Of a stretch of DNA of 64,000 nt, positions 28,505-36,796 are shown one piece after another. Location of the stretch: assembly GCA_037443035.1 (NCBI GenBank), contig JBBIPC010000006.1:129092-193091 (forward strand). The letters run 5' to 3'. The notes under the pieces are model-generated. The model searched no databases. It was not told where the DNA came from and saw only the letters and a list, made by a program, of their open reading frames with translations. This DNA is from Chthonomonadales bacterium (GTDB lineage Bacteria; Armatimonadota; Chthonomonadetes; Chthonomonadales; CAJBBX01). Position 1 is the stretch's first letter. The number at the start of each line of letters is the position of its first letter. The translations under genes and the position numbers were made by a program.

Positions 28505-29566
28505 CTACGCGAAGCTGCCCAGCTGCCGTGCCAGGTTGACGATATGCTGAAAGCTCTCCAGACTGACGCTGGACGGGACGGAGTGATCCGAGCTGAAGAT
28601 GTAGCCGCCGTCCTCCTTGAGGACCGGTACGACCCGGCGCATTTCGGCCTCGATGGCATCCAGGTCGTCCCAGAGCACCGCGTTGACGCCGCCGTGTAGG
28701 ACAAGACGGTCGCCGTAGCGCTGCTTGATGGCCACGGGGTCCATGCCGGCCTTGACCTCCAATGGGTTGAGGGCGTCGATGCCAGCGTCGAGGAACTCCG
28801 GGATGAAGGGGTTCACGTCACCACAGGAATGGAGGTGGACCCAGACGCCCCGGGCGTGGGCCCAGTCGGCGACGCGCTTGTGCAGGGGTTTGAGAAGCTG
28901 CCGGTAGGTCCGAACCGAGAAGAACTGGCTGTGCTTGTAACCCATGTCGTCGGGCCAAGTCACCACGTCGAAATGGTAACCGGCGTCCCAGACCCGTTCG
29001 AGGAGCGCCAGGTTGACATCCAGGAAGTGCCCGAAGATGTCCGCGAGCCATTCGGGGTCTTCGGCCAGGGCCAGCAAGACGCGCTCGGTACCCACGGTCC
29101 ACGAGTGGGTGACGTCGAAACCGAACCACAGGTGCCCCTCGATCCAGTAGCCCTCTTCGCGCCAGCGGCGGTAGTTTTGTCGGAGGTGATCCCAGGGGAT
29201 GCGGTCGTCGGAAGGGGTCATGCGGGCCTTGGCCTCCCGCCACGTGTCCCAATCCACGATGGTGAAGTCCAGGAACTCCGGCACGCCACCGGCATGTTTC
29301 CAGTTCTTCATGGTGACGCCGTAGCTGGACGTGCTGATGACGTAGTCCTCGGTCTCGTCCAGAACGCGGACCGGATATCGCGGGCTGATATCTACCGAGA
29401 TACCTGCCACGCGGTCGAGGTCGAAATACTCCACGAAGCTGAGATCTTCCGGCATGCCCTCGCGCCGCCACCGCTCGATGGTGGCCCCCCACGGGATGTC
29501 AATGATGGGCACGCGGTCGGCTTCGCGGTGTTGGTACATGCGGGCGAAGCGCTCGCGGCTGGTCAC
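28505..29566 (-). CDS. Uroporphyrinogen decarboxylase/MtaA-fold family protein (copy 3)
   Basis: TSRER...ADRVP N-terminus, DDMG, HSCG, LNPLE, GGYIFSSDHS; GTG 29566 overlaps the upstream stop. Confidence 0.88.
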   Translation of the reverse strand: MTSRERFARMYQHREADRVPIIDIPWGATIERWRREGMPEDLSFVEYFDLDRVAGISVDISPRYPVRVLDETEDYVISTSSYGVTMKNWKHAGGVPEFLDFTIVDWDTWREAKARMTPSDDRIPWDHLRQNYRRWREEGYWIEGHLWFGFDVTHSWTVGTERVLLALAEDPEWLADIFGHFLDVNLALLERVWDAGYHFDVVTWPDDMGYKHSQFFSVRTYRQLLKPLHKRVADWAHARGVWVHLHSCGDVNPFIPEFLDAGIDALNPLEVKAGMDPVAIKQRYGDRLVLHGGVNAVLWDDLDAIEAEMRRVVPVLKEDGGYIFSSDHSVPSSVSLESFQHIVNLARQLGSFA

Positions 29567-30306
29567 TTCGCAGATACCTCCAATCCCTCGCCGTCCAGGA
29601 TCACGTTGACACTGCAGCGCATGTTGTCGGGATCGCGAACCCAGTCGAGATATGGAGCGAGCCGAGCAGCGCAGTTGACGCTGTTGTGGGCCAGCACCAG
29701 ACCGCCTGGGACGAGGCGATCGTAGCATCCCTGCAGGATGTCCAGGTAGATGGCCTTTCCGCGGACCGCATCGCCGTCGGCGTCGAGGTAGAGCAGGTGC
29801 AGGTCCTCGGGGAAGTCGCGGGCCACGTCCACGGCGTCGGCGGCGATCACTCGGGCCACACCCGTGAGATCGAGCCGGCGGACGTTGCGCTCGGCGCGCT
29901 CGGCTTCGTGTGGCACGATCTCCACGCCGATGAGGTTCTTGGCCGTGTAACAAGCGCCCGGACCCACGGCTGCGCCGGCGTTGGAGATGAACGTGTTGCC
30001 ACAGAACACGCCGGCGGCCAGCATGTTTGCGGGTTGCGCGATGGCGTTGATGGCGTAGATCAGGCGCTGCTGGCGGGGCGTGATGGCGGTCCAGGGTATC
30101 TCGAACTTCTCGGCGACGGCAGCACGATGGCCGAGGAATCGCTCGTGGTCGTAGCGGGTATGGGGCAGGATGCCCAAGTCGCACAAGTACTCGAGAGCGC
30201 CCTGAACGACGGCGATCTCGGCCTCGAGGGGTTCCAGCTGCAGATGCGGCTGCCGCATGTCCATGCGGTATTCCGCCCAATCCGGCGCGCGATACTCATA
30301 GCTCAA
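29563..30306 (-). CDS. Class I SAM-dependent methyltransferase (O-methyltransferase-like)
   Basis: Motif I-like 'MLAAGVFCG', 'IGVEI', 'LLYLDAD', 'LVPGGLVLAHN'. Confidence 0.78.
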   Translation of the reverse strand: MSYEYRAPDWAEYRMDMRQPHLQLEPLEAEIAVVQGALEYLCDLGILPHTRYDHERFLGHRAAVAEKFEIPWTAITPRQQRLIYAINAIAQPANMLAAGVFCGNTFISNAGAAVGPGACYTAKNLIGVEIVPHEAERAERNVRRLDLTGVARVIAADAVDVARDFPEDLHLLYLDADGDAVRGKAIYLDILQGCYDRLVPGGLVLAHNSVNCAARLAPYLDWVRDPDNMRCSVNVILDGEGLEVSAK

Positions 30307-31075
30307 CGCACTTCTCCGAAGCGATGATGTGGGAGTCCAGTGGTGCCGTGATGCGATGGCCCGGGGGAACGGTCAGGAACTCCTCGGGGTCCCATTCCCC
30401 GTTCACCAGCTTGCGAAGGAGACGCAGGTCGCCCTGAACCTTCTCGAACTTCCAGCCGCGCTCCTGGGCTTCCCGGCCCGTCTGCTGCTCGAAGCGGTCG
30501 TCCGGCTCCACACCCATCTCGATGAATGTGAACTGGGAGTAGTTGCGGGTGGTGTCGCAGAGCATCTCGTAGAGGTACTCGGCGTTGTCCTCGCCGTACT
30601 TCTCCACCAGCTCCGTGTAGGTGCGGTCCATGCCCACGCGGTGCTGGACCGTCTGCGGCATGAGATCCTCGGCGATGCCGCCCCGCTCGATCCAGCCGGA
30701 AGTCTTGAAATAGACCCCGGGGTGCGTGTGAAAGTACTCTTCGTAGCGTTGGCGGCTTCCCAGGAAGAGGGTCATACAGTCGTGGGCGCGGGGCACCACG
30801 AGAGGCGCGGTGGTGGCCACGAGGCCTGCGATGCCGTTGTTGCATAGACCGTATCCGAGGAGCACGGCGTCGTAGACACCCTCGGGGATACAGTCCAAGA
30901 CGGCTTGGAGGCGGCTCCGCATGGGTTCCGCGCCCAAGTCATGGAGGCCCTTGGCCACGAACTCGATGTCCACTGTGTGAGGGGAACTGGCGACGACGTG
31001 GCAGAACTCCCGGTAGAGAACTTCGCACGCTACAAGTCGGAGGCGCATGCTCGCCGGCTCCTGGCTATGCGCCAT
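30296..31075 (-). CDS. DUF1638-family protein
   Basis: VAC.VL.RE, GLHD, LGYGLCNNG, PRAHDCMTLFLGS, TSGWIE; usually found in corrinoid loci. Confidence 0.85.
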   Translation of the reverse strand: MAHSQEPASMRLRLVACEVLYREFCHVVASSPHTVDIEFVAKGLHDLGAEPMRSRLQAVLDCIPEGVYDAVLLGYGLCNNGIAGLVATTAPLVVPRAHDCMTLFLGSRQRYEEYFHTHPGVYFKTSGWIERGGIAEDLMPQTVQHRVGMDRTYTELVEKYGEDNAEYLYEMLCDTTRNYSQFTFIEMGVEPDDRFEQQTGREAQERGWKFEKVQGDLRLLRKLVNGEWDPEEFLTVPPGHRITAPLDSHIIASEKCVEL

Positions 31076-31943
31076 GTTGCACCCTCCGCGCGAGCTCCCG
31101 GATGAACTCGGGCCCGGTGCCGCAGCATCCACCCACGAACGCCGCGCCCGCTTGGATCAGCTCTACGGCCTCTTCGACGAACTCTGTGGGCGTTTGGGCA
31201 TAGACGGCTCGACCGTCCACAATGGTGGGCAGTCCGGCGTTGGGCTTGGCCCAGACCGGCTGACCGGAGGCCTGACGGAGTCGCTCCACGATGGGGCGCA
31301 TGGCAGCCGGACCGTGGCCGCAGTTGGTCCCGACGATGTGGGCGCCTGCGGCCAGGAGGGCTTCCGCGGCCTGCTCGGGGGTGGTGCCCATGATGGTCCG
31401 ATCCCCCGACTTGCCCGCACCGTAGGTCATACAGGCGACGACGGGCAGGCCGGTGGCGGCGGCGCAGCGAACGGCGATGGCTGCTTCGTCGAGGTCGCTC
31501 ATCGTCTCGATGACGAAACCGTCCACTCCTCCCTCGGCCAACCCCGCTACCTGCTCCTCGAAGGCCGCGTTGGCCTCTTCCGCGGTGATCTCTCCCATCG
31601 CAACGAGCTTGCCGGTGGGGCCGATGGATCCGAACACGAGGGCACGGTCGGCGGCGGCCTGGCGCGAGATTGCAGCACCGGCGCGATTGATCTGGCGGGC
31701 TTCGTTTGCGAGCCCATGGCGGTCGAGGGTTATGCGAGAGGCCCCGAAGGTGTTGGTCAGAATGATGCGGCTGCCAGCCTCGACATAGGCGCGGGCGACA
31801 GCCTGGACACGGTCGGGGTGGGCCAGGTTCCAGGGGTCCGGCGGGCTACCCACGGGCAGTCCCCGCTGTTGCATTTGGGTACCCCAGGCGCCGTCGGTGA
31901 GGATGGGCGCTTCATCGAGGAGGCGCATCAGGACGGGATGCAT
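31065..31943 (-). CDS. Stand-alone homocysteine S-methyltransferase (MetH Hcy-binding domain)
   Basis: DGAWGT, TNTFG, GSIGPTG, IETMSD, Zn ligands GTNC and GGCCGT, KPNAGLP; no pterin, B12 or activation domains fused. Confidence 0.93.
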   Translation of the reverse strand: MHPVLMRLLDEAPILTDGAWGTQMQQRGLPVGSPPDPWNLAHPDRVQAVARAYVEAGSRIILTNTFGASRITLDRHGLANEARQINRAGAAISRQAAADRALVFGSIGPTGKLVAMGEITAEEANAAFEEQVAGLAEGGVDGFVIETMSDLDEAAIAVRCAAATGLPVVACMTYGAGKSGDRTIMGTTPEQAAEALLAAGAHIVGTNCGHGPAAMRPIVERLRQASGQPVWAKPNAGLPTIVDGRAVYAQTPTEFVEEAVELIQAGAAFVGGCCGTGPEFIRELARRVQHGA

Positions 31944-33118
31944 GGCTGACCCTCGGCGTCGTACCGGCCGTACTGCCGGACGGTTTCGTACATGGCTGCG
32001 ATGTTCTCGACCGGCGTCCCGGGCGATAGGTTGTTGCCTTCGCGCAGGATGAAGCGCCCCCCCTGCATGATCCCGCTGCGGAGGATGCGCAACGTCTCTT
32101 GGCGGACTTCGTCGGGAGTGGCCGTGACCAGGAAAGGCGCTTCCGGACCGCCCAGGATCTGCACGTCTGGCCCCAGGGCCTGGCGCATCCACGTGAAGTC
32201 CACCGGGTACCCGGTGTCGAACGAGACAACGCCGAGCTCCTCATGGATGATCGGAAAGTGGCGGGAGGCGTCTCCGCAGAGGTGGATCGTCCGGTGCACC
32301 ATGGTGCCGAAGGTGTCGAACAACCGTCGGTGGTACGGCAGGACGTGTTCGCGGTAGGCTCGGACCGAGATGAGGGCGATGCTGTCGTCGGCGATGGAGT
32401 AGTGGTCGTGGGGATATGTGACGCCGAAGCGCTCCTTCCACGCTCGGACGCGTTCGATGGTGGCCGTGGTGATGAAGTCCAGCAGGCGGTGGAGGCGCTC
32501 CGGCTCGGCGGCCATCATTTCGCACACGGTTCGCGCGCTGAAGAGGTTGCACGCTACGGTCATGGGGCCGTCCGTACCCATGCCCGTGTACGGGGTGCCT
32601 ACGGTGATGGGCCGGTCCAGGAACGTCTCGTTCTCGGCCAGGGCTTTCATCCGCTCGTAGTACTCGAGGGCGCGGGCCATGATGCCCCCGAAGGGGTCCG
32701 GGACGCCGCGGTCCATGACCCGCTCGGGACACTCGGCGTAGACAGGGGCCGAATCGGGGACCTGCTCGTCGCGATACTCGATCGGGCAACCGAACCACGC
32801 AGCTTCGTAGTAGTTCTGGAAGTCCACCCAGACGAGCCATTCCTTGGGCATGCCCATCTCCAGATCCTGGAGTAGGTAGTGCCGGATCCAGTAGGAGAAG
32901 CGGAGCTGGGCATGGAACATGGTGTCGGGATCTTCCGAGTAGGTCCGGAAGTCTACGTTCAGCGAGTTGGCGCCCTTCTCGCAGATCAGGTAGCGCGGGT
33001 TGATGCCCAGCAACATGGGCACGCGCACGGGCCGGCGAGCGTGATAGGCATCCCACACCGCGCGGACTTCTTCGTTGTGCGTATCGTAATCGATGGGCGG
33101 ATTGGCGATTTCGCTCAT
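31928..33118 (-). CDS. Uroporphyrinogen decarboxylase/MtaA-fold family protein (copy 2)
   Basis: 'GP.TVAC', IADD, IHLCGD, GRFILREGNNL.PGTP.ENI.AM C-terminus. Confidence 0.85.
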   Translation of the reverse strand: MSEIANPPIDYDTHNEEVRAVWDAYHARRPVRVPMLLGINPRYLICEKGANSLNVDFRTYSEDPDTMFHAQLRFSYWIRHYLLQDLEMGMPKEWLVWVDFQNYYEAAWFGCPIEYRDEQVPDSAPVYAECPERVMDRGVPDPFGGIMARALEYYERMKALAENETFLDRPITVGTPYTGMGTDGPMTVACNLFSARTVCEMMAAEPERLHRLLDFITTATIERVRAWKERFGVTYPHDHYSIADDSIALISVRAYREHVLPYHRRLFDTFGTMVHRTIHLCGDASRHFPIIHEELGVVSFDTGYPVDFTWMRQALGPDVQILGGPEAPFLVTATPDEVRQETLRILRSGIMQGGRFILREGNNLSPGTPVENIAAMYETVRQYGRYDAEGQPCIPS

Positions 33119-34203
33119 GTTTCTTTCCATCCCATGCGGTCCAGCAGTTTCCGGGCCGCCTCTTCCGTGGGAGCGTGGACCATGAGCAGCATACCCTCGG
33201 CGCCCACGGCCTCAATGAGGGGCTCGACTTCCTCGGGGGCCACGCCGATGGCCTGGACCGACTTGCCTGCGGCTCGGATGCGCCGGTAAAGGTCGTACCA
33301 TTCGGGCGAACCGCCGCCCGGCCGAGGGTACTGTGGCGTCCACTCGATGGCTTGCAGGGTCTCCATGGCCAGGAGGTTATCCAGCTGGGGCATGGCCTGG
33401 GTGCCGTCCAGGTGGAACATGGAGTGATCGAGCCATCGGCATTGGCGGGTCATGGCGGGCATGACGAAGCGCCGGAAGGCGGCTGGGCTGATGGCGCAGC
33501 AGATGTCGCACTGGATTTTGGCCACTCGCCCGTGCCCCCAGATGCGAAACGCCGAGAAGCAGCTACCGCCCCAGGGGTCGCGCGCCATCTCGTAAAGGAG
33601 GTCGTAGGCCTGGAAGAAGGCCTCGTTGATCTCCTCGATTTTCTCGAGTACCCATTCGGGGCGCTCGACCAGGTCAACGAGCACGGTCTGCGGGTCGCGG
33701 AGTTGGGCCAGCGTGTCCAGGTTCTCGATGAGATCCGGCAGCGACACGAGGTAGCGGCCGCGGGCTCGTTCCACTGCCGCGTGGACAAGCCGCATGTGCG
33801 CCTCCCACCAATAGCCCTGGGGTGCGAACTGAAGAGGCGGATGGTTGTCGGGGTCCGGGATGATGGGGTCGTACCAGACCGTGGTCTCAGCCAGCCGCCC
33901 ACCGCAACCCAGGAAGAGGCCGAGGCTGCCCGGGCCGATCTGGGAATCGAACATGGGAAAGGCCACGCCACCGAAGTAGGTGTTGGCGATGGCGTGTTCT
34001 TGTTGCTGTAGGCGGTACTCGGCGTTCAGCCACTGGGTCTCGAGGTCGGGTGGCGGAGGCGGAGCGGGCGCATCCCACAAGGGCTTCTCGCGTGGTGCTG
34101 TCACGTGCAGCGCCAAGCCTTCGCCCCGCCACCACGACTCCCACGCGTCCCGGGCGGCGGCCCAGTCCGGCTTACCGAGGAGCTCCATGGCCTGATCGGT
34201 CAC
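33115..34203 (-). CDS. UROD/MtaA-like TIM-barrel protein (copy 1, HLDG type)
   Basis: 'GPG.LG.FLG', 'TVWY', 'D.L.QLR', QCD...ISP..F, FHLDG, GKSVQ. Confidence 0.72.
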   Translation of the reverse strand: MTDQAMELLGKPDWAAARDAWESWWRGEGLALHVTAPREKPLWDAPAPPPPPDLETQWLNAEYRLQQQEHAIANTYFGGVAFPMFDSQIGPGSLGLFLGCGGRLAETTVWYDPIIPDPDNHPPLQFAPQGYWWEAHMRLVHAAVERARGRYLVSLPDLIENLDTLAQLRDPQTVLVDLVERPEWVLEKIEEINEAFFQAYDLLYEMARDPWGGSCFSAFRIWGHGRVAKIQCDICCAISPAAFRRFVMPAMTRQCRWLDHSMFHLDGTQAMPQLDNLLAMETLQAIEWTPQYPRPGGGSPEWYDLYRRIRAAGKSVQAIGVAPEEVEPLIEAVGAEGMLLMVHAPTEEAARKLLDRMGWKET

Positions 34204-35609
34204 GAGTTCAGGCCGTACTCCTGGGGCAAATACGGCGCGTCGGCGTGTTGCTTCAACATGGCCGCGATGAACGCGTCTTCATCTTCTGGGAGCTCGTCGG
34301 CAGCGCGGCGGAAGCGGTCCAGCCAGCGCCGTTCGTTGGGCAGGATGCGCAACGTGCCCTGATGGTCAGCGCGGACGAGTTCCTCCAAGGTCGCGAGGAC
34401 AGCTCGGCGGGTTCGCAGGTACGGCGAAGGTTCGGCCGCGATCTGCTCCGACAGTCGCAGCACGACGTCGGGGCGCAGCACGTAGGCCTGGGGGTCCAGG
34501 GCTGCGTCCGATTCGACAAGCCAGTCGCGCATGGTGCGCGCCCCCTCTGGGGTGCGAGCCGCCGTGTTGAGAAGGCGGCAGTCGTAGGCGAGTTGCTCCA
34601 GGCTGACCACCGGCGCGTTGGCGCTGAGCAGGCGGACGTTCTGGACGGATTCGTTGGACCAGCAGTCGCAGACGGCCTGGGCGATGTTGCCCACGGTGCT
34701 GAGGTGGGCGCAGGCCGCGGACCGGCCTTCCATGGAGATGGGCACGCCGGCGATGGCCTTCATGTACGGTCCTTCGTAGGCACAGTCCTTGCTCGGGCCC
34801 ACCGCACCAACCTCGTAGGCGACCAGTCCACGCGGCACCGAGGCGACGCGGTCCACGGCGGCCAGGACGCGGGGTATCATGCGCTGTTCGGCCAACACCA
34901 TGGCCGTGTTGGCGAAGCCGCAGGCCGTGTCCCCGGCCGGGACGATCTTGGCCTCGCGGCAGGCTGCGACGATCTCGGTCCAGAGGAAGCGCATGTCCCG
35001 CGGCGCGAGCACGCCCAGCGCGTAGACGATGCCGGTCAGGTCGGCATCCATAAGCGCCTGGTCGTGGATCTCCTTGCCGCCGGTGGACTCGATGGCAATC
35101 ATGTCGGCACCCGCTTCCCCTGCCATGCGGAAGAACCGCACCATGCCCTCCCAATACGAGCCGCTTCGCATGACCGGCGGCCGGACATGGTCGCGGGTGT
35201 CGTTGGGGGTGAGCCGAAGCGCCGAGCGGAGGCCGTGCTGTTCGTGGAAGCGGTTCAGCGTGTCGGCCAGCAGGCTGGTGATCTCGGCGCCCCATTCGGG
35301 GTTCACGGTCATGGGCGGCAGGGTCTCGAACTCGACCAGCAAGGCAGGCACTTCGAGGGCCACGGTCCGTCCGCAGACGCCTTCGATGATCTCAGAGTAC
35401 TGAGCGCGCACGTCCTTCCATGTCGATGGATTGATGTCTATGGGGGGCAGCGTGAAGTTGATCTCCGGCACCACGGTTCCCTCGCCCAGGACGAGCCCCC
35501 TCCCGCATGCGAGCGGACGTGGGGCATGGCCGTAAACGAAATCGTCGAGGGAACGAATGGCGGGCGCCGTGATTCCCGCTCCCCCACCTGTGTTCGAGGT
35601 TGGGTGCAT
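34200..35609 (-). CDS. mtaB: Methanol:corrinoid methyltransferase, MtaB family
   Basis: G.VVPEINFTLP, IESTGGKE, GDTACGFANTAM, GPSKDCAYEG, PISMEGRSAACAH, WSNESV, YDCRLLN; putative Zn ligands Glu/Cys/Cys present. Confidence 0.9.
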   Translation of the reverse strand: MHPTSNTGGGAGITAPAIRSLDDFVYGHAPRPLACGRGLVLGEGTVVPEINFTLPPIDINPSTWKDVRAQYSEIIEGVCGRTVALEVPALLVEFETLPPMTVNPEWGAEITSLLADTLNRFHEQHGLRSALRLTPNDTRDHVRPPVMRSGSYWEGMVRFFRMAGEAGADMIAIESTGGKEIHDQALMDADLTGIVYALGVLAPRDMRFLWTEIVAACREAKIVPAGDTACGFANTAMVLAEQRMIPRVLAAVDRVASVPRGLVAYEVGAVGPSKDCAYEGPYMKAIAGVPISMEGRSAACAHLSTVGNIAQAVCDCWSNESVQNVRLLSANAPVVSLEQLAYDCRLLNTAARTPEGARTMRDWLVESDAALDPQAYVLRPDVVLRLSEQIAAEPSPYLRTRRAVLATLEELVRADHQGTLRILPNERRWLDRFRRAADELPEDEDAFIAAMLKQHADAPYLPQEYGLNS

Positions 35610-35645
35610 GGAAGCGCTCCTACTCTATTGTGTTGTCTTGCGAGA

Positions 35646-35683
35646 GTGCGTCGGGCGCGCTACCGAGGACGCGCCCTACGCAC
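35646..35683. repeat. Intergenic GC-rich hairpin (REP-like, GTAG foot on the minus strand)
   Basis: Minus strand: GTGCGTAGGGCGCG-10 nt loop-CGCGCCCGACGCAC. Confidence 0.5.
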
Positions 35684-35714
35684 GGGAAAGCCGAAAGGTG
35701 GATGACCGACTGAG

Positions 35715-36353
35715 CTACGCTGCGCCGACGAGCTGCCGGGCCACCCGGACGGCACCGCTGGCATTGTCGCTGAAACCGTCGGCACCGATATCGTCAGCGT
35801 ACCGCTGGGTCACGGGTGCGCCGCCGATCATGGTCTTGATCGTGCCCTTGAGACCAGCCTTCTCCAGCGCCTCGACGGTTGTCTTCATGCCAGGCATTGT
35901 GGTGGTCAGGAGGGCTGACATGGCGATGATCTGGGCGCCCCGCTCCTTCGCTGTCTCGATGAACTTCTCAGGAGCCACATCCACTCCGAGATCAATGACC
36001 TCGAAGCCACCGCCCTCAAGCATGGCCGCCACGAGGTTCTTGCCGATGTCGTGCAGGTCGCCGCGCACGGTGCCGATAACCACCTTCCCGACGGGCTTCG
36101 CCCCCGTCTCTACTAGCTTGGGGCGGATCAGCTCCAAGGCCGCCTTCATGGCGCGTGCCGAGATGAGGAGTTCCGGCACGAAGTACTCGTTCGCTTCGAA
36201 CAAGCGGCCAACTTCATCCATGGCGGGGATCATGTACTTCTGAAGGAGCTCTTCGGGGTTGGCGCCCTCTTCCAGAGCTTGCTTGACCGTAGACTCGGCA
36301 AGATTCTTGTTGCCTTCGAGTACGGCGGTGTAGAGGGCCTGCAAGTCAGTCAT
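35715..36353 (-). CDS. Corrinoid (cobalamin-binding) protein, MtaC-like
   Basis: Cap domain 'M.EVG.LFE..EYFVPELL'; DLHDIGKNLV (DxHxxG); SALLTTTM; IGGAP; GAGG RBS before ATG 36353. Confidence 0.95.
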   Translation of the reverse strand: MTDLQALYTAVLEGNKNLAESTVKQALEEGANPEELLQKYMIPAMDEVGRLFEANEYFVPELLISARAMKAALELIRPKLVETGAKPVGKVVIGTVRGDLHDIGKNLVAAMLEGGGFEVIDLGVDVAPEKFIETAKERGAQIIAMSALLTTTMPGMKTTVEALEKAGLKGTIKTMIGGAPVTQRYADDIGADGFSDNASGAVRVARQLVGAA

Positions 36354-36397
36354 GTTAGGTTCCTCTTCGTTGTGGAGAGTGATGAGCCGGCTGCTCC

Positions 36398-36664
36398 TTA
36401 GCTTCGTGGAAAGCGTTCGGGATGCAGCTCGGCTGAGCGGCCTACGAGAACGTCCTCTTCGACTTCGTGCTCGACATCTGACTCGATGGCCTCGACGGGG
36501 CATACCTCGGCACAGTGAGGCGACTTGTAGAAGCCGAAGCACTCCGTGCAAAGACCCGAATCAATTGTGTATTCACCGTCAACCTCAGAAATGCCATCGT
36601 TCGGGCATTCCTCCAGGCACACACCACACTGTATGCACCGTTCCTGATTGATGCGTCGTGCCAT
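36398..36664 (-). CDS. 2[4Fe-4S] ferredoxin, YfhL/Allochromatium-like
   Basis: CIQCGVCLEECP and CTEC-x8-CAEVCP, plus a C-terminal extension. Confidence 0.9.
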   Translation of the reverse strand: MARRINQERCIQCGVCLEECPNDGISEVDGEYTIDSGLCTECFGFYKSPHCAEVCPVEAIESDVEHEVEEDVLVGRSAELHPERFPRS

Positions 36665-36796
36665 GTCTGCTTTGTCCTCCACGGCGAGCGGAACGGTCCC
36701 CGCCGTTACTGATTGGTTGTCTTATTACTTCATGCAGCTCCAGACACCGTATTCCACGCAGCGCCACCCGACTCCTTCCGGCTGTGGCAAGGCGCT

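Noticed and set aside
29567..30280. Arg/Pro-rich N-terminal extension of the 591-aa ORF 28505..30280
   Set aside because: It is an alternative frame of the SAM-methyltransferase gene; the UROD-like sequence starts at GTG 29566
34050..35705. 551-aa plus-strand ORF (and similar long antisense ORFs in 28800-34000)
   Set aside because: Antisense shadows of high-GC genes (mtaB, UROD family) with no recognisable motifs
28505..36353. Pyrrolysine or selenocysteine read-through in the methyltransferase genes
   Set aside because: All genes appear full length with no in-frame stop splitting a domain; no pyl or sel genes seen
36683..36796. 'GCCACAG..GGAAGG' on the minus strand upstream of the ferredoxin/corrinoid genes, as a possible cobalamin riboswitch
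   Set aside because: The other core elements (GGGAA, CCCGC, B12 box) are missing and the space is too short
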